Source: Candidatus Micrarchaeota archaeon
GTDB lineage: Archaea > Micrarchaeota > Micrarchaeia > Micrarchaeales > CABMGC01
Assembly (NCBI GenBank): GCA_023270055.1
Contig: JAGDYB010000012.1
Coordinates: forward strand, 1-55,740
Length of the DNA: 55,740 nt
Reading direction: 5' to 3'
The position numbers and the translations under genes were made by a program. Below, piece after piece: positions 26,767 to 35,667 of this stretch. The notes under the pieces were generated by a model that had not been told where the DNA came from, made no database searches, and saw only the letters and a list, made by a program, of their open reading frames with translations. The first letter of the stretch is position 1. Every line of letters starts with the position of its first letter.

Positions 26767-28146
26767 TTGATGGACGCTAAAAAGAGGGAGAAGGCGCTAA
26801 GGATATTTGCGAAGGTGCTCAATGATATAAAGCCCAGCAAACTCGAGACAGAGGCTACCACCGCAAGCGTCAACAAAATCACAAGCGAGCTGCTCAAGAT
26901 TGTGCCCAAAGATGTGGAGATAAAGGTGGTTGGCTCGATAGCAAGGGGCACCGAGCTGAAGGGCAACTCTGACATAGACATCTTTCTTCTGTTTGGCAAG
27001 AAGGTAGGAAAAGATAAAGTAACTGAATATGGCATCAGGTATGGCAAGGAACTTGCAAAGCGCATGGGAGGGAGGTATGAGATAAGATATGCAGAGCATC
27101 CATATCTAAGGCTTTATATCCCAAACATAGGCGCTGACATAGACATAGTTCCGGCCTACAAAATAATAAACATAACAGAGATGGGCACCACAGTAGATAG
27201 GACACCTTTGCACAATGACTTCATAAATATGCACCTTAACGATAAGCAGAGAGATGATGTCAGACTGCTTAAAGCTTTGCTGAACAGCCATGGAATATAC
27301 GGCGCCGAAGTAAAGACAAGGGGCTTTTCCGGATACCTGTGCGAACTTTTAGTCTACCATTACAGATCTCTGCTGAACCTGCTTGAAGAGGCGACGCAAA
27401 TAAAGCTCCCTTACTACCTGAACCCACTAAATCCAGAAGAAAAAGGTAGCAAGGAGATTTTTGAAAAATTCAACTCTGATTTTGTTGTCATAGACCCTGT
27501 TGACCCAAACAGAAATGTCGCAGCCGTTGTTTCGCATGAATCTTTGTCCAAATTTATAGTTGTCGCAAAAATGTTCATTGAAAACCCGAGCGAAAAGATG
27601 TTCTATGGATACAAGGTATCCTCTGCAGACTCCTACAGTATGTTGCGCCAGTACATGAAGGCAAACGGCCTGTCTGCAAGCCTTCTGGTTGTGCCGATAC
27701 CGGACAAAAGTGAAGATATAACATGGCCGCAGCTCAAAAAATTGTCAGGCGCTATAGTGGATTATGTCGCAAGAAACGGCTTTCAAGTATACATAGAACT
27801 TGTAACAGTAAAGGATAAGGAAGGGCTCGTTCTCTATATGTATCCTAGCGCAAGCGCAAAAACTAGAATGCTAAAAGGGCCTAGTGTTCCGGGCAATTCT
27901 GGTGCAGCTCTTTCTTTCATAAACGCACACCTGGGCTCTAGCATTATCTTCAGCAACAGCACTTTGTATGTCATGGAGAAGGTTAGATATGAAAGCATGA
28001 ATGAAGCAATAGCAGACTTTATAAAAAGGGAGGCACATAAGAAGCACAAGGATATAAAGCTGGGTAAAGCCAAGCTTGCAAGCACAATACCAGAAAGATA
28101 CGCGGAACATCTCTACTGGGAGCTCCTCGCGAAGACGAGCATATAG
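26767..28146 (+). CDS. cca: Archaeal class I CCA-adding enzyme
   Basis: 'VGS.ARGT.L...SDIDIF', 'YAEHPY', 'DIVP', 'VDRTP.H', 'GFSGYLCELL', 'DPVDP.RNVAA'. Confidence 0.95.
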   Translation: MMDAKKREKALRIFAKVLNDIKPSKLETEATTASVNKITSELLKIVPKDVEIKVVGSIARGTELKGNSDIDIFLLFGKKVGKDKVTEYGIRYGKELAKRMGGRYEIRYAEHPYLRLYIPNIGADIDIVPAYKIINITEMGTTVDRTPLHNDFINMHLNDKQRDDVRLLKALLNSHGIYGAEVKTRGFSGYLCELLVYHYRSLLNLLEEATQIKLPYYLNPLNPEEKGSKEIFEKFNSDFVVIDPVDPNRNVAAVVSHESLSKFIVVAKMFIENPSEKMFYGYKVSSADSYSMLRQYMKANGLSASLLVVPIPDKSEDITWPQLKKLSGAIVDYVARNGFQVYIELVTVKDKEGLVLYMYPSASAKTRMLKGPSVPGNSGAALSFINAHLGSSIIFSNSTLYVMEKVRYESMNEAIADFIKREAHKKHKDIKLGKAKLASTIPERYAEHLYWELLAKTSI

Positions 28147-28161
28147 AGACACTGTTGGGGC

Positions 28162-28731
28162 TTACATGGCCAGTTTTCTGTCTGTTTTTATTATTTCTGG
28201 CAGCTCGTAAATTAGCTGTATTTGCTTTTTTACGCCCTGTGGCCTGTTTTCTATTATGCGCAACGCCTGTTTCAAAGCGTCGGCTTTGTTTGTTGGGAGT
28301 ATCTCATATACATCCTGATAGTTGTTTGCCGCGCTTGCTCCACAGTAATCAAGCGCTTCAGCCGTGATGTTTTCCCTTATCTTCTCAACATTATATTTGC
28401 GCGCCTTTAGCCTTTCTAGTAGCACCTTGAGATGTGCCCTTAGCACTATTACGTATGCTCCTCTTATTCTTATGTCTGAAATCAGATGACCTTCTATGAT
28501 TACCGTGTGCCCTGTTTTTACGAATTTCTTGACGAGCACGTTTAGCTCCCTCTGCAGCGCACCTAGCTTGACAATCAGCGTGCCGTATTTGTCCCTCCCG
28601 CTGTAAAGCTTTTTCTCTTTCACTAGCTTGTTCACATCTACGAGCACTGAGCCCTTTATTCTTTTGTTGAGCGCCAACGCAAGTGTGCTTTTTCCGCTGC
28701 CCGGGGTGCCTGTTATTGCTATTACCTGCAT
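28162..28731 (-). CDS. Adenylate kinase 6 / Fap7 family
   Basis: 'ITGTPGSGKST', 'IEGH', 'LRA...L.ERL..R.Y...KI.EN..AE'. Confidence 0.9.
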   Translation of the reverse strand: MQVIAITGTPGSGKSTLALALNKRIKGSVLVDVNKLVKEKKLYSGRDKYGTLIVKLGALQRELNVLVKKFVKTGHTVIIEGHLISDIRIRGAYVIVLRAHLKVLLERLKARKYNVEKIRENITAEALDYCGASAANNYQDVYEILPTNKADALKQALRIIENRPQGVKKQIQLIYELPEIIKTDRKLAM

Positions 28732-28740
28732 TTTATCATT

Positions 28741-29337
28741 TCATGCAACTGGTATTGAATCAAGCAGTGCGAGAATCTCGTCTCTGCTGTTTTCCACACT
28801 AAGAACCACGCTTGACGGCTGATTTATTGTAAGCACGTAGTTTTTTTGGCCAGAAAAAAGCCAGGATCCGATCTTGTATTCGTGGTAGTCTGTTGACAGG
28901 TCAGCTATGAAGTTACTCTTCTCCAGTATTTTGTCAAAAAGCTCGCCGATCGAATCGTTGTATGCACTTATTATTATGGTTTCGTCGTTGGTTTCATCCC
29001 TTTCTATTAGCAGGGGATTCACATATGGGATCTTCAGCGCGGCGCTTTTCTCTTTTAGCAAACCGCTTATCTTGTTGTATTCTTCGGTTGTCTTTTCAAG
29101 CTGCGCCTCGAAATCTTTCCTTTCGCTGTCCAAAGAAGTTAGAAGCCCCTCAAAAAAAGATGAAACATCCTTCTTGAAACCTTCAATTATATCTTTCTTG
29201 TTCTCCTCTTCGCCGATGACAGCTGGATTCGTCAGCAGCCTTCTCAGGGAAACTCCGTATTTGCTGCCTAGCTGTTGATCTATTCTGTCTATGAACATGT
29301 CGGTTGAATCACTCCATTTTTTTTCATCGTCAGCCAT
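28741..29337 (-). CDS. Hypothetical protein (acidic, coiled-coil)
   Basis: Long ORF with GGTGA RBS before the ATG at 29337; co-oriented with AK6 (9-bp gap). Confidence 0.7.
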   Translation of the reverse strand: MADDEKKWSDSTDMFIDRIDQQLGSKYGVSLRRLLTNPAVIGEEENKKDIIEGFKKDVSSFFEGLLTSLDSERKDFEAQLEKTTEEYNKISGLLKEKSAALKIPYVNPLLIERDETNDETIIISAYNDSIGELFDKILEKSNFIADLSTDYHEYKIGSWLFSGQKNYVLTINQPSSVVLSVENSRDEILALLDSIPVA

Positions 29338-29405
29338 GTAATCACCAATATATGGTTGCAATATATATTTATTATTATAATATTTAGCTGTATCTTGTGG
29401 TTTGC

Positions 29406-29645
29406 ATGGAAGGCGTGGAAGGCAGGATAAAGAAGGATATAGATATATTTTACAAAAACGTTAAATTCGACACTGAATTGAGCGAAGAGGAAAAGAAGGT
29501 TGTCGAGCTTGCCGAAATGTACGCAAAGGATTCACAGGCGTGGCTTGAGAAAGGCGATCTCTACACCGCGTTCTCAAGCATATCATACGCCCATGGACTG
29601 CTTGATGCAATAAGGAAGATAAAGGGTGTTGACGAATACAAATAG
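29406..29645 (+). CDS. DUF357 family protein
   Basis: 'A..Y.KDS..WLEKGD..TAF..ISYAHGLLDA'. Confidence 0.9.
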   Translation: MEGVEGRIKKDIDIFYKNVKFDTELSEEEKKVVELAEMYAKDSQAWLEKGDLYTAFSSISYAHGLLDAIRKIKGVDEYK

Positions 29646-29655
29646 CGGTGCTCCG

Positions 29656-30756
29656 ATGGAAAGCAGGACTGAGGGTCTGGCAAACTTTCTGGTTTACGAT
29701 GATGTTTTTTTCAACACTAAGATGCGCTCGCTAAGAGACATATCGGTCATGTTTCTGCGCGCGCTTAACAGGAAGGGTACTGTGCTTGATACAACCTCGG
29801 CTACTGGGGTGAGAGGCATACGCTACTGTCTTGAGGCAAGCATTGATAAGGCCATTTTCCTTGACATAAACAAGAATGCATATGAAAATACCAAGCGTAA
29901 TGTCGAATTAAACAGAATCGACGGCACAGTTCTCAATGAAGATATACGCTCGTTCTCCTGCAAAAGCAATGAGCGATTCAGCGCCATAGACCTTGACCCA
30001 TTTGGCACCCCAGTGCCATATATGAAAGACCTGCTGAGCATTGGAAGAGATGGCACGCTTTATATGGTAACCGCAACCGACACTGCCGTACTCTGCGGCG
30101 CACATGCGAATGCATGCATGAGGGAATATGCGGCGCGGCCTTTGCACAACGAACTGTGCCATGAGGTTGGCATAAGGATACTTATAGCTTACGCGGTGAG
30201 GCTTGCGGCAGAGCTCAATTTCGGTGTGCACGTGTACCTTGCGCTGTCAAACTTGCACTACATGCGCATCTTCTTTGAGCTTAAGAGGGGAAGCACTAAT
30301 GCGCTCGATTCTGTAAGGCAAATAGGCTTCGGCTCATACTGTAACAAATGCCATAGGTATTATTACGCACCTGGCATTGCAAGCGCGCCTGCCCAGGTAT
30401 GTGAAAGCTGCGGCGGCAGAACCGAGCGTTTCGGACCGTTATGGCTTGGGAGCATATATGACAAAGGAGTTATAGCCGCAATGCTCTCGCACAGCAGCGG
30501 CGCTTCCGACGAGGCAATATCGCTACTATACAAAGTGTACAACGAATTGGATATACCGTTCTTTTATTCCATTCCTAAGCTTACCGCCATGCTAGGCGTA
30601 GGTTCTATATCGCAGAATGTGATGGTAAAGGAGCTTAGCAAAAAGGGCGCCGCAAGCCTGACGCATTTTGACCCAAGTGGCATAAAAACTGACGTGCCAT
30701 ACGATGATATAATTAGCGAACTTAAGACTCATGTGACGACGAAAGCAATGCGGTAA
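29656..30756 (+). CDS. trm1: tRNA (guanine-26-N2)-dimethyltransferase
   Basis: 'VFFN..M...RD', 'SATGVRGIRY', 'IDLDPFGTP', 'VTATD...LCG', 'HEVGIRIL', Zn-ribbon Cys pairs, 'GPLWLG'. Confidence 0.93.
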   Translation: MESRTEGLANFLVYDDVFFNTKMRSLRDISVMFLRALNRKGTVLDTTSATGVRGIRYCLEASIDKAIFLDINKNAYENTKRNVELNRIDGTVLNEDIRSFSCKSNERFSAIDLDPFGTPVPYMKDLLSIGRDGTLYMVTATDTAVLCGAHANACMREYAARPLHNELCHEVGIRILIAYAVRLAAELNFGVHVYLALSNLHYMRIFFELKRGSTNALDSVRQIGFGSYCNKCHRYYYAPGIASAPAQVCESCGGRTERFGPLWLGSIYDKGVIAAMLSHSSGASDEAISLLYKVYNELDIPFFYSIPKLTAMLGVGSISQNVMVKELSKKGAASLTHFDPSGIKTDVPYDDIISELKTHVTTKAMR

Positions 30757-30872
30757 GTTATCGCTTTTGCACTCGAATATTCGAGGTAAAATTTTTAGGG
30801 CTTCTAAATATATTTTAGTTATTTTTCACTTGTACCACAATAAATAAATATAAGAAATGGTGTAAATGATAA

Positions 30873-31259
30873 TTGAAGGTGGGGAAGGTGAAATTAACAG
30901 GCGCAGACCTTGGAGGGTTAGCCTTTAATAAGGCGAAGGCTGAGTCGGACGGTAGGGAATACTACATTGACGAAGCCGAGGAGAAGGATCTGAAAAAACT
31001 AATCGAAAACAGCTGTATGGTGTGCGGCAGGCCGCTGAGCAGATCCGAAGTAAAAATAGTACCTCCGCTATATATGCAAGAGAAGGACAAATATGTAATG
31101 GAGGGCATAGTAAGCAGGAGAGTCATGTGCGTGGCCTGCTACAACAGCATAACGTCAAGCACGAGAGAAAAAGTCAAAACAAAATACAGGGTAATTAGAA
31201 GACATATCCTTGGCGGTATAGGAACAAAAGGCGCAGAGATAGCTGTAATCAAAGGCTAG
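30873..31259 (+). CDS. Hypothetical zinc-binding protein (CxxC...CxxC)
   Basis: CMVCG...MCVACY; basic; preceded by an AT-rich promoter-like region. Confidence 0.6.
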   Translation: MKVGKVKLTGADLGGLAFNKAKAESDGREYYIDEAEEKDLKKLIENSCMVCGRPLSRSEVKIVPPLYMQEKDKYVMEGIVSRRVMCVACYNSITSSTREKVKTKYRVIRRHILGGIGTKGAEIAVIKG

Positions 31260-31460
31260 TCTGAGCAGACTGCAAAAGGGGTGGCAGTAGAATGGTATGG
31301 ATTAGCTATGCTGCCTTTACTCGAATACTTCCCCGCCTTGTTAGCCGGCAAAAAGCCTAGACAGATTTAGATAGCTAACACGAAACAGCACTGCAGGTGC
31401 GAATATTTGAATAAGAAGCGGCTGGATGCCAATTTCACTGCGCTGTAGAAAAAGCAAGCT

Positions 31461-32174
31461 TTACCTTTTCTTACTCTGCGGCATATTGACAAGTATCATG
31501 TGCGTATTGTTGTCAAAGCCTATAGCTGATTTGAATGCGTCGGCAGCTATAGTTATCGTGCTGTCTGAATATGGATCATTTATGTAAAACGCGTCTTTGT
31601 CATAGCCTTTTATTACAACCCAATGTGGCGAGGACTCTAGATATGGATTTATTGTTTGGGCATTTATAAGCAGTATAGGTATATATTTTGAAGAAAGCGC
31701 CTTCTTTATTGCTTGCGTTGTCACCTGTGCATGCTCCTCTTCTATGTTCATCTGCTTTGCCTTTTCCTTTATCTCATTGAATGATGCGGCAAGCGTGTCA
31801 AGATTAACATTCTCGTAAACAGCGAGCTTTTTCTCGTAGCCCTCATCCTTGACGTTGCTCATTATAGCTACCTTTGCGCCTCTCTTCGCTAGTGCATATG
31901 CCAGCCCATATCTGGATCCATGCCATACGCTGCCGCTCACTGCCTCTTTCCATATGTCGAATTCATGCTCCTTCCTGAACTTCATGTTCGGATTTATATA
32001 CTTCAGCACCATTATGGCGCATGCTGCAGAGCTAGTAAATTCCTCGCTCTGAGGGTATGTTGGTATGGGCAACATAACGCTTTCTTTTATCTTCTTCGGC
32101 AACTTGGCTGCCTTGGCACCGCTTCTCCTCTTTGATACATTTTTCTTTCCTTCTTTTCTGGTTTTGCCTGACAA
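31461..32174 (-). CDS. Peptidase C39-like (DUF3335-like) protein
   Basis: 'Y.Q..EFTSSAAC', 'W.EA', 'GLAYALAKRG', 'PHWVV..GYD', 'INDP'. Start moved to the TTG at 32174 after a GGTGA RBS, because the longer ORF begins inside tRNA-Leu. Confidence 0.8.
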   Translation of the reverse strand: MSGKTRKEGKKNVSKRRSGAKAAKLPKKIKESVMLPIPTYPQSEEFTSSAACAIMVLKYINPNMKFRKEHEFDIWKEAVSGSVWHGSRYGLAYALAKRGAKVAIMSNVKDEGYEKKLAVYENVNLDTLAASFNEIKEKAKQMNIEEEHAQVTTQAIKKALSSKYIPILLINAQTINPYLESSPHWVVIKGYDKDAFYINDPYSDSTITIAADAFKSAIGFDNNTHMILVNMPQSKKR

Positions 32175-32190
32175 ATAATCACCATGTTGA

Positions 32191-32293
32191 TGCAGGGGGA
32201 GAGATTTGCTCTTGTTCATTGCTTTGAACTCTCGTAGGCCTAAGCCAACAGATCTTGAGTCTGTCGCGTTTGACCAAGCTCCGCCACCCCTGC
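32191..32293 (-). tRNA. tRNA-Leu(CAA) with an 18-nt intron at 58/59 (32206-32223)
   Basis: Acceptor GCAGGGG/CCCCTGC-A; anticodon arm ACAGA-CTCAAGA-TCTGT; long variable arm; bulge-helix-loop motif with central helix GTTC/GAGC and outer helix GAGA/TCTC. Splicing restores TTCAAAT. Confidence 0.92.
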
Positions 32294-32524
32294 ACCTTTT
32301 TAAATATGCACAAATAAATATAAAGACAATACTTCGATTGTAATATCAGCTTAACTTATATTTATAAGTATCTCCCGAAAATGTTAAGCCCGGATTCAAA
32401 GACTTGGCGCATTGCCGGAGGATTTGTGTGCTCACTTCCACCGTAATCCGACGCATATTATATATTTTTGCACCGTATTTGTATATTGTGTTGATCTGAT
32501 ATTTAGCATTTTTCCGTGATTTTT

Positions 32525-33964
32525 ATGAAAATAGAGAATATTGATGCTGTAAGGCATAGAATTTCAAAGGATAAAAACGAGAGAATGGGCACCGACGTAG
32601 TCATATATGCGAAGGACTATATGCTCGAGAAGATGGAAAGCGACAGGACGATACAGCAGGCAATGAATGCAACGAACCTGCCCGGTGTGGTGGGTAACGT
32701 GCTGATAATGCCCGACGGGCACGAGGGATATGGCTTTCCGGTTGGCGGCGTTGCCGCTTTTGATGCAGAGGAGGGTATAATATCGCCTGGCGCCATAGGA
32801 TTCGACATAAACTGCGGGGTTAGACTCATAAAAACAAACCTTACCGAAGATATCGTAAGGCCCAAGATAAAACAGCTTATGGACTCGCTATTCAAGAACG
32901 TTCCAAGTGGGGTAGGGAGCAGGCTCAAGATTGGCTTTGGGGAATCAGAGATAAACAAAGTTGCAGAGGAAGGGGTAAATTACATAATAGAAAAGGGATA
33001 CGGATTCAAGGAGGACAGCGAATCGATAGAGGAAAACGGCTTCATGCAGGGAGCTGACATTTCAAAGGTAAGCAAATCGGCTAAAAGCAGGGGCAAGGAC
33101 CAGCTGGGCACCCTTGGAGCGGGAAACCACTTCCTCGAGGTTCAAAAGGTCGAAAGGATATTTGACGGCAGCATTGCAAAAGGTTATGGCCTTTCGGAAG
33201 GGCAAATAGTGGTCATGGTACACACGGGCTCTAGGGGGTTCGGGCACCAGATATGCAGCGACTACATGCAGGAGCTTATAGACTACAGGAGGAAAAACAA
33301 CATAAGCATAATAGACCCCGAGCTGAGCTATGCACACATAAAGAGCAAGGAGGCGGAAGATTACCTGGCGGCGATGAAGGCGGCTGTGAATTACGCATTC
33401 GTGAACAGACAGCTAATAACGCACAACATAAGGAAAAGCTTTGAGGAGGTTTTTGGCAAAAGCGCAGACGCGCTCGGGATGGAGATACTTTACGACGTAG
33501 CGCACAATATAGCCAAACTCGAAGAATATGATTATGAGGGAAGAAGAAGGAAGGTATACGTGCACAGGAAGGGTGCGACAAGAGCACTCCCGAAGGGCTC
33601 ACAGAATGTGCCAGCGAAGTACAGGCAGTATGGGCAGCCGGTGCTTATACCTGGCAGCATGGGCACAGCGAGCTATGTGCTTGCCGGCAGCGAAGGATCG
33701 GTGAGGGAAACATTCGGATCGACATGCCACGGATCCGGAAGGGTCATGTCAAGACACCAGGCAATAAGGGAGATACCTGCATCAAAAACTTTCGGAGACC
33801 TCAAGAAAAAGGAGATAGAGATAAGGATAAGAACAAGGAGCCTAGTAAGCGAGGAGGCTGAATGGGCATATAAGAATGTGGATGATGTGGTTGGGACTGT
33901 AGAGCAGGCTGGGCTTTCCAAAATAATAGCTAGAAATGTGCCCATTGGCGTGGCAAAAGGCTAG
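32525..33964 (+). CDS. rtcB: RNA-splicing ligase RtcB
   Basis: 'MPDGHEGYGFPVGG', 'GFDINCG', 'GTLGAGNHF.E', 'HTGSRG.GH', 'HN', 'HRKGAT', 'PGSMG', 'HGSGR', 'EEA..AYK'; no intein. Confidence 0.97.
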   Translation: MKIENIDAVRHRISKDKNERMGTDVVIYAKDYMLEKMESDRTIQQAMNATNLPGVVGNVLIMPDGHEGYGFPVGGVAAFDAEEGIISPGAIGFDINCGVRLIKTNLTEDIVRPKIKQLMDSLFKNVPSGVGSRLKIGFGESEINKVAEEGVNYIIEKGYGFKEDSESIEENGFMQGADISKVSKSAKSRGKDQLGTLGAGNHFLEVQKVERIFDGSIAKGYGLSEGQIVVMVHTGSRGFGHQICSDYMQELIDYRRKNNISIIDPELSYAHIKSKEAEDYLAAMKAAVNYAFVNRQLITHNIRKSFEEVFGKSADALGMEILYDVAHNIAKLEEYDYEGRRRKVYVHRKGATRALPKGSQNVPAKYRQYGQPVLIPGSMGTASYVLAGSEGSVRETFGSTCHGSGRVMSRHQAIREIPASKTFGDLKKKEIEIRIRTRSLVSEEAEWAYKNVDDVVGTVEQAGLSKIIARNVPIGVAKG

Positions 33965-34767
33965 AGTGTCTTTAGCTTGTCTTCAACTTGGCTCAACAGT
34001 GCATATGCTTCTGGAATGTATGCGAAGCTTGTGAGCTTCAGCAGCAGTTCCTCAGCATCCTTGTATTTTTTGCCTTCTGCATAATCTAGCGCCACATAAT
34101 ACAAGTGGTTTGGAACTTTCATCTGCAAGAGTTTTTTAGAGTAGAGCTCGCGATTCTTCCTGTCGTTGACCAAACCGCTGTATAGAAAATTTGAATAGGC
34201 AGTTATTACATCGTCAGCCTTCAGCATGTTTATTTCTGTTATCGAATCCACTGCCGCTGGGACATTGTGCAACCTGAACTCCGACAGGAATTTTACATAA
34301 AGCGCGATTTCGTTGCTTTCTGGGGCGGCAGATGCGTCATGTATCGCCTTGTAATACAGCTGCTTTGCCTTCTTGTAGAGCTCTATGGCCTTGTAGTTGG
34401 CTTCAGCATTTTCTTCCATGAAGCCAGTAAGGCTTATGTGATTTATGGTGGTGAGCGCATAATCAGAGAAATGGGAATAGAATCGTGCCGCGCTGTATGC
34501 GTGGGAATAATCGCCATTTGCTACCATTCCGTCGAACACCTTTGACGCATCATCCCATTTGCCAGAAGTTATGCTGCTGCTTATGCTGTCTAGTGACCCT
34601 TTTAGGTTAGCGCTTGCAACCAAATCCTCGCTCGCAGTGCTCACCGGCATGTCGCAGAAAAAGCATATACCATAGTCTCCGAGCACAGGCACAGGCATGC
34701 CGCAATGCGTGCAACGCATGACTTTGCTTCCCTGCTCGAGCATCTTTATATAAACGCCAACGTCCAC
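33961..34767 (-). CDS. Hypothetical protein: N-terminal Zn ribbon plus helical (TPR-like) repeats
   Basis: CTHCG...CFFC followed by Ala/Tyr/Leu-rich amphipathic helices. Confidence 0.65.
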   Translation of the reverse strand: MDVGVYIKMLEQGSKVMRCTHCGMPVPVLGDYGICFFCDMPVSTASEDLVASANLKGSLDSISSSITSGKWDDASKVFDGMVANGDYSHAYSAARFYSHFSDYALTTINHISLTGFMEENAEANYKAIELYKKAKQLYYKAIHDASAAPESNEIALYVKFLSEFRLHNVPAAVDSITEINMLKADDVITAYSNFLYSGLVNDRKNRELYSKKLLQMKVPNHLYYVALDYAEGKKYKDAEELLLKLTSFAYIPEAYALLSQVEDKLKTL

Positions 34768-34829
34768 CGCACCACAATTCTAATATTCAAGGCAAATACT
34801 TAAATTCTTCCGAAAATTTGCGGCAACGC

Positions 34830-35489
34830 TCATTTTTTCCTCAAGACTAGAAAAAGGTGCATCCGGTCATATGGCATTATGTTTATCTTTTCGAGCACCT
34901 CGAACCGTCTTGATATCGCGTTTATAAAGTCGCGATATATAACTTCTGGCTTCATTGCCGTGCTTATGCTTTGCGACTTTATCACGACATAGGCGATGCC
35001 GCCAGGCTTAAGTTGCGCGCTGTTGATGTTGAATATCGCAAGCTGGTCGCGTGACGAAACGTCTTGGTACAGTATGTCGACAGTTCCGACATCATCCTTG
35101 TACTTTTCCACGAGCCGCGCATCTTGCAGTATTGGAAACATGTTGTGCCTGGCATCGCAAAGCTCAAGCAGCTGGCGCATGTTCCTTTCGGATATTTCGA
35201 CGCAGTATAAGGCGCCGGATTCGCCTATTATGTCGCTCACGTGGCTGCACGTGGTTCCCGTTGCCGCACCAAGGTAAAGAACCTTGCTGCCGGGCATTAT
35301 GTACATGTGCCTGAGACCCTTTAGTATTGCCGCAGCAAGCTTGCTCCTGTATGGGTTCCAGAGCCTGTACTCTTTCCCCCCTTCCTGAATTAGCTCCTCG
35401 TCGTATACCTTGCGGCCTACTGCGAGGTTGCGTGTGGCGAGCTTTCCGTTAACCTTGTACACATTCTTGAATATTTCTATTACTTTCAA
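34830..35489 (-). CDS. flpA: Fibrillarin-like 2'-O-methyltransferase
   Basis: 'YRLWNPYRSKLAAAI', 'VLYLGAATGTT.SHVSDI', 'DAR...Y', 'YQDVS..DQ'. Confidence 0.96.
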   Translation of the reverse strand: MKVIEIFKNVYKVNGKLATRNLAVGRKVYDEELIQEGGKEYRLWNPYRSKLAAAILKGLRHMYIMPGSKVLYLGAATGTTCSHVSDIIGESGALYCVEISERNMRQLLELCDARHNMFPILQDARLVEKYKDDVGTVDILYQDVSSRDQLAIFNINSAQLKPGGIAYVVIKSQSISTAMKPEVIYRDFINAISRRFEVLEKINIMPYDRMHLFLVLRKK

Positions 35490-35667
35490 TTTATCGCCGT
35501 GTTATGCAAAATGTTTAAGCAATTTAGACATCATCTGAGGCTGCTGCGCAGAGCGCAGGCAATATCAATTTATACATTAAGGCAAAAATGCTAATGAAAT
35601 GTGCTATATACTTGATGGTATAACAATTATATTGTAAAGATACTATATTAAATTTTAGGTTGATAGC

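Noticed and set aside
32175-32219. ATG inside the tRNA-Leu intron as the start of the C39-like gene
   Set aside because: A GGTGA RBS with TTG at 32174 explains the gene without tRNA overlap; the in-frame ATG is probably chance.
32525-33964. Intein in RtcB
   Set aside because: Length (about 480 aa) and continuous motifs leave no room for an insertion.
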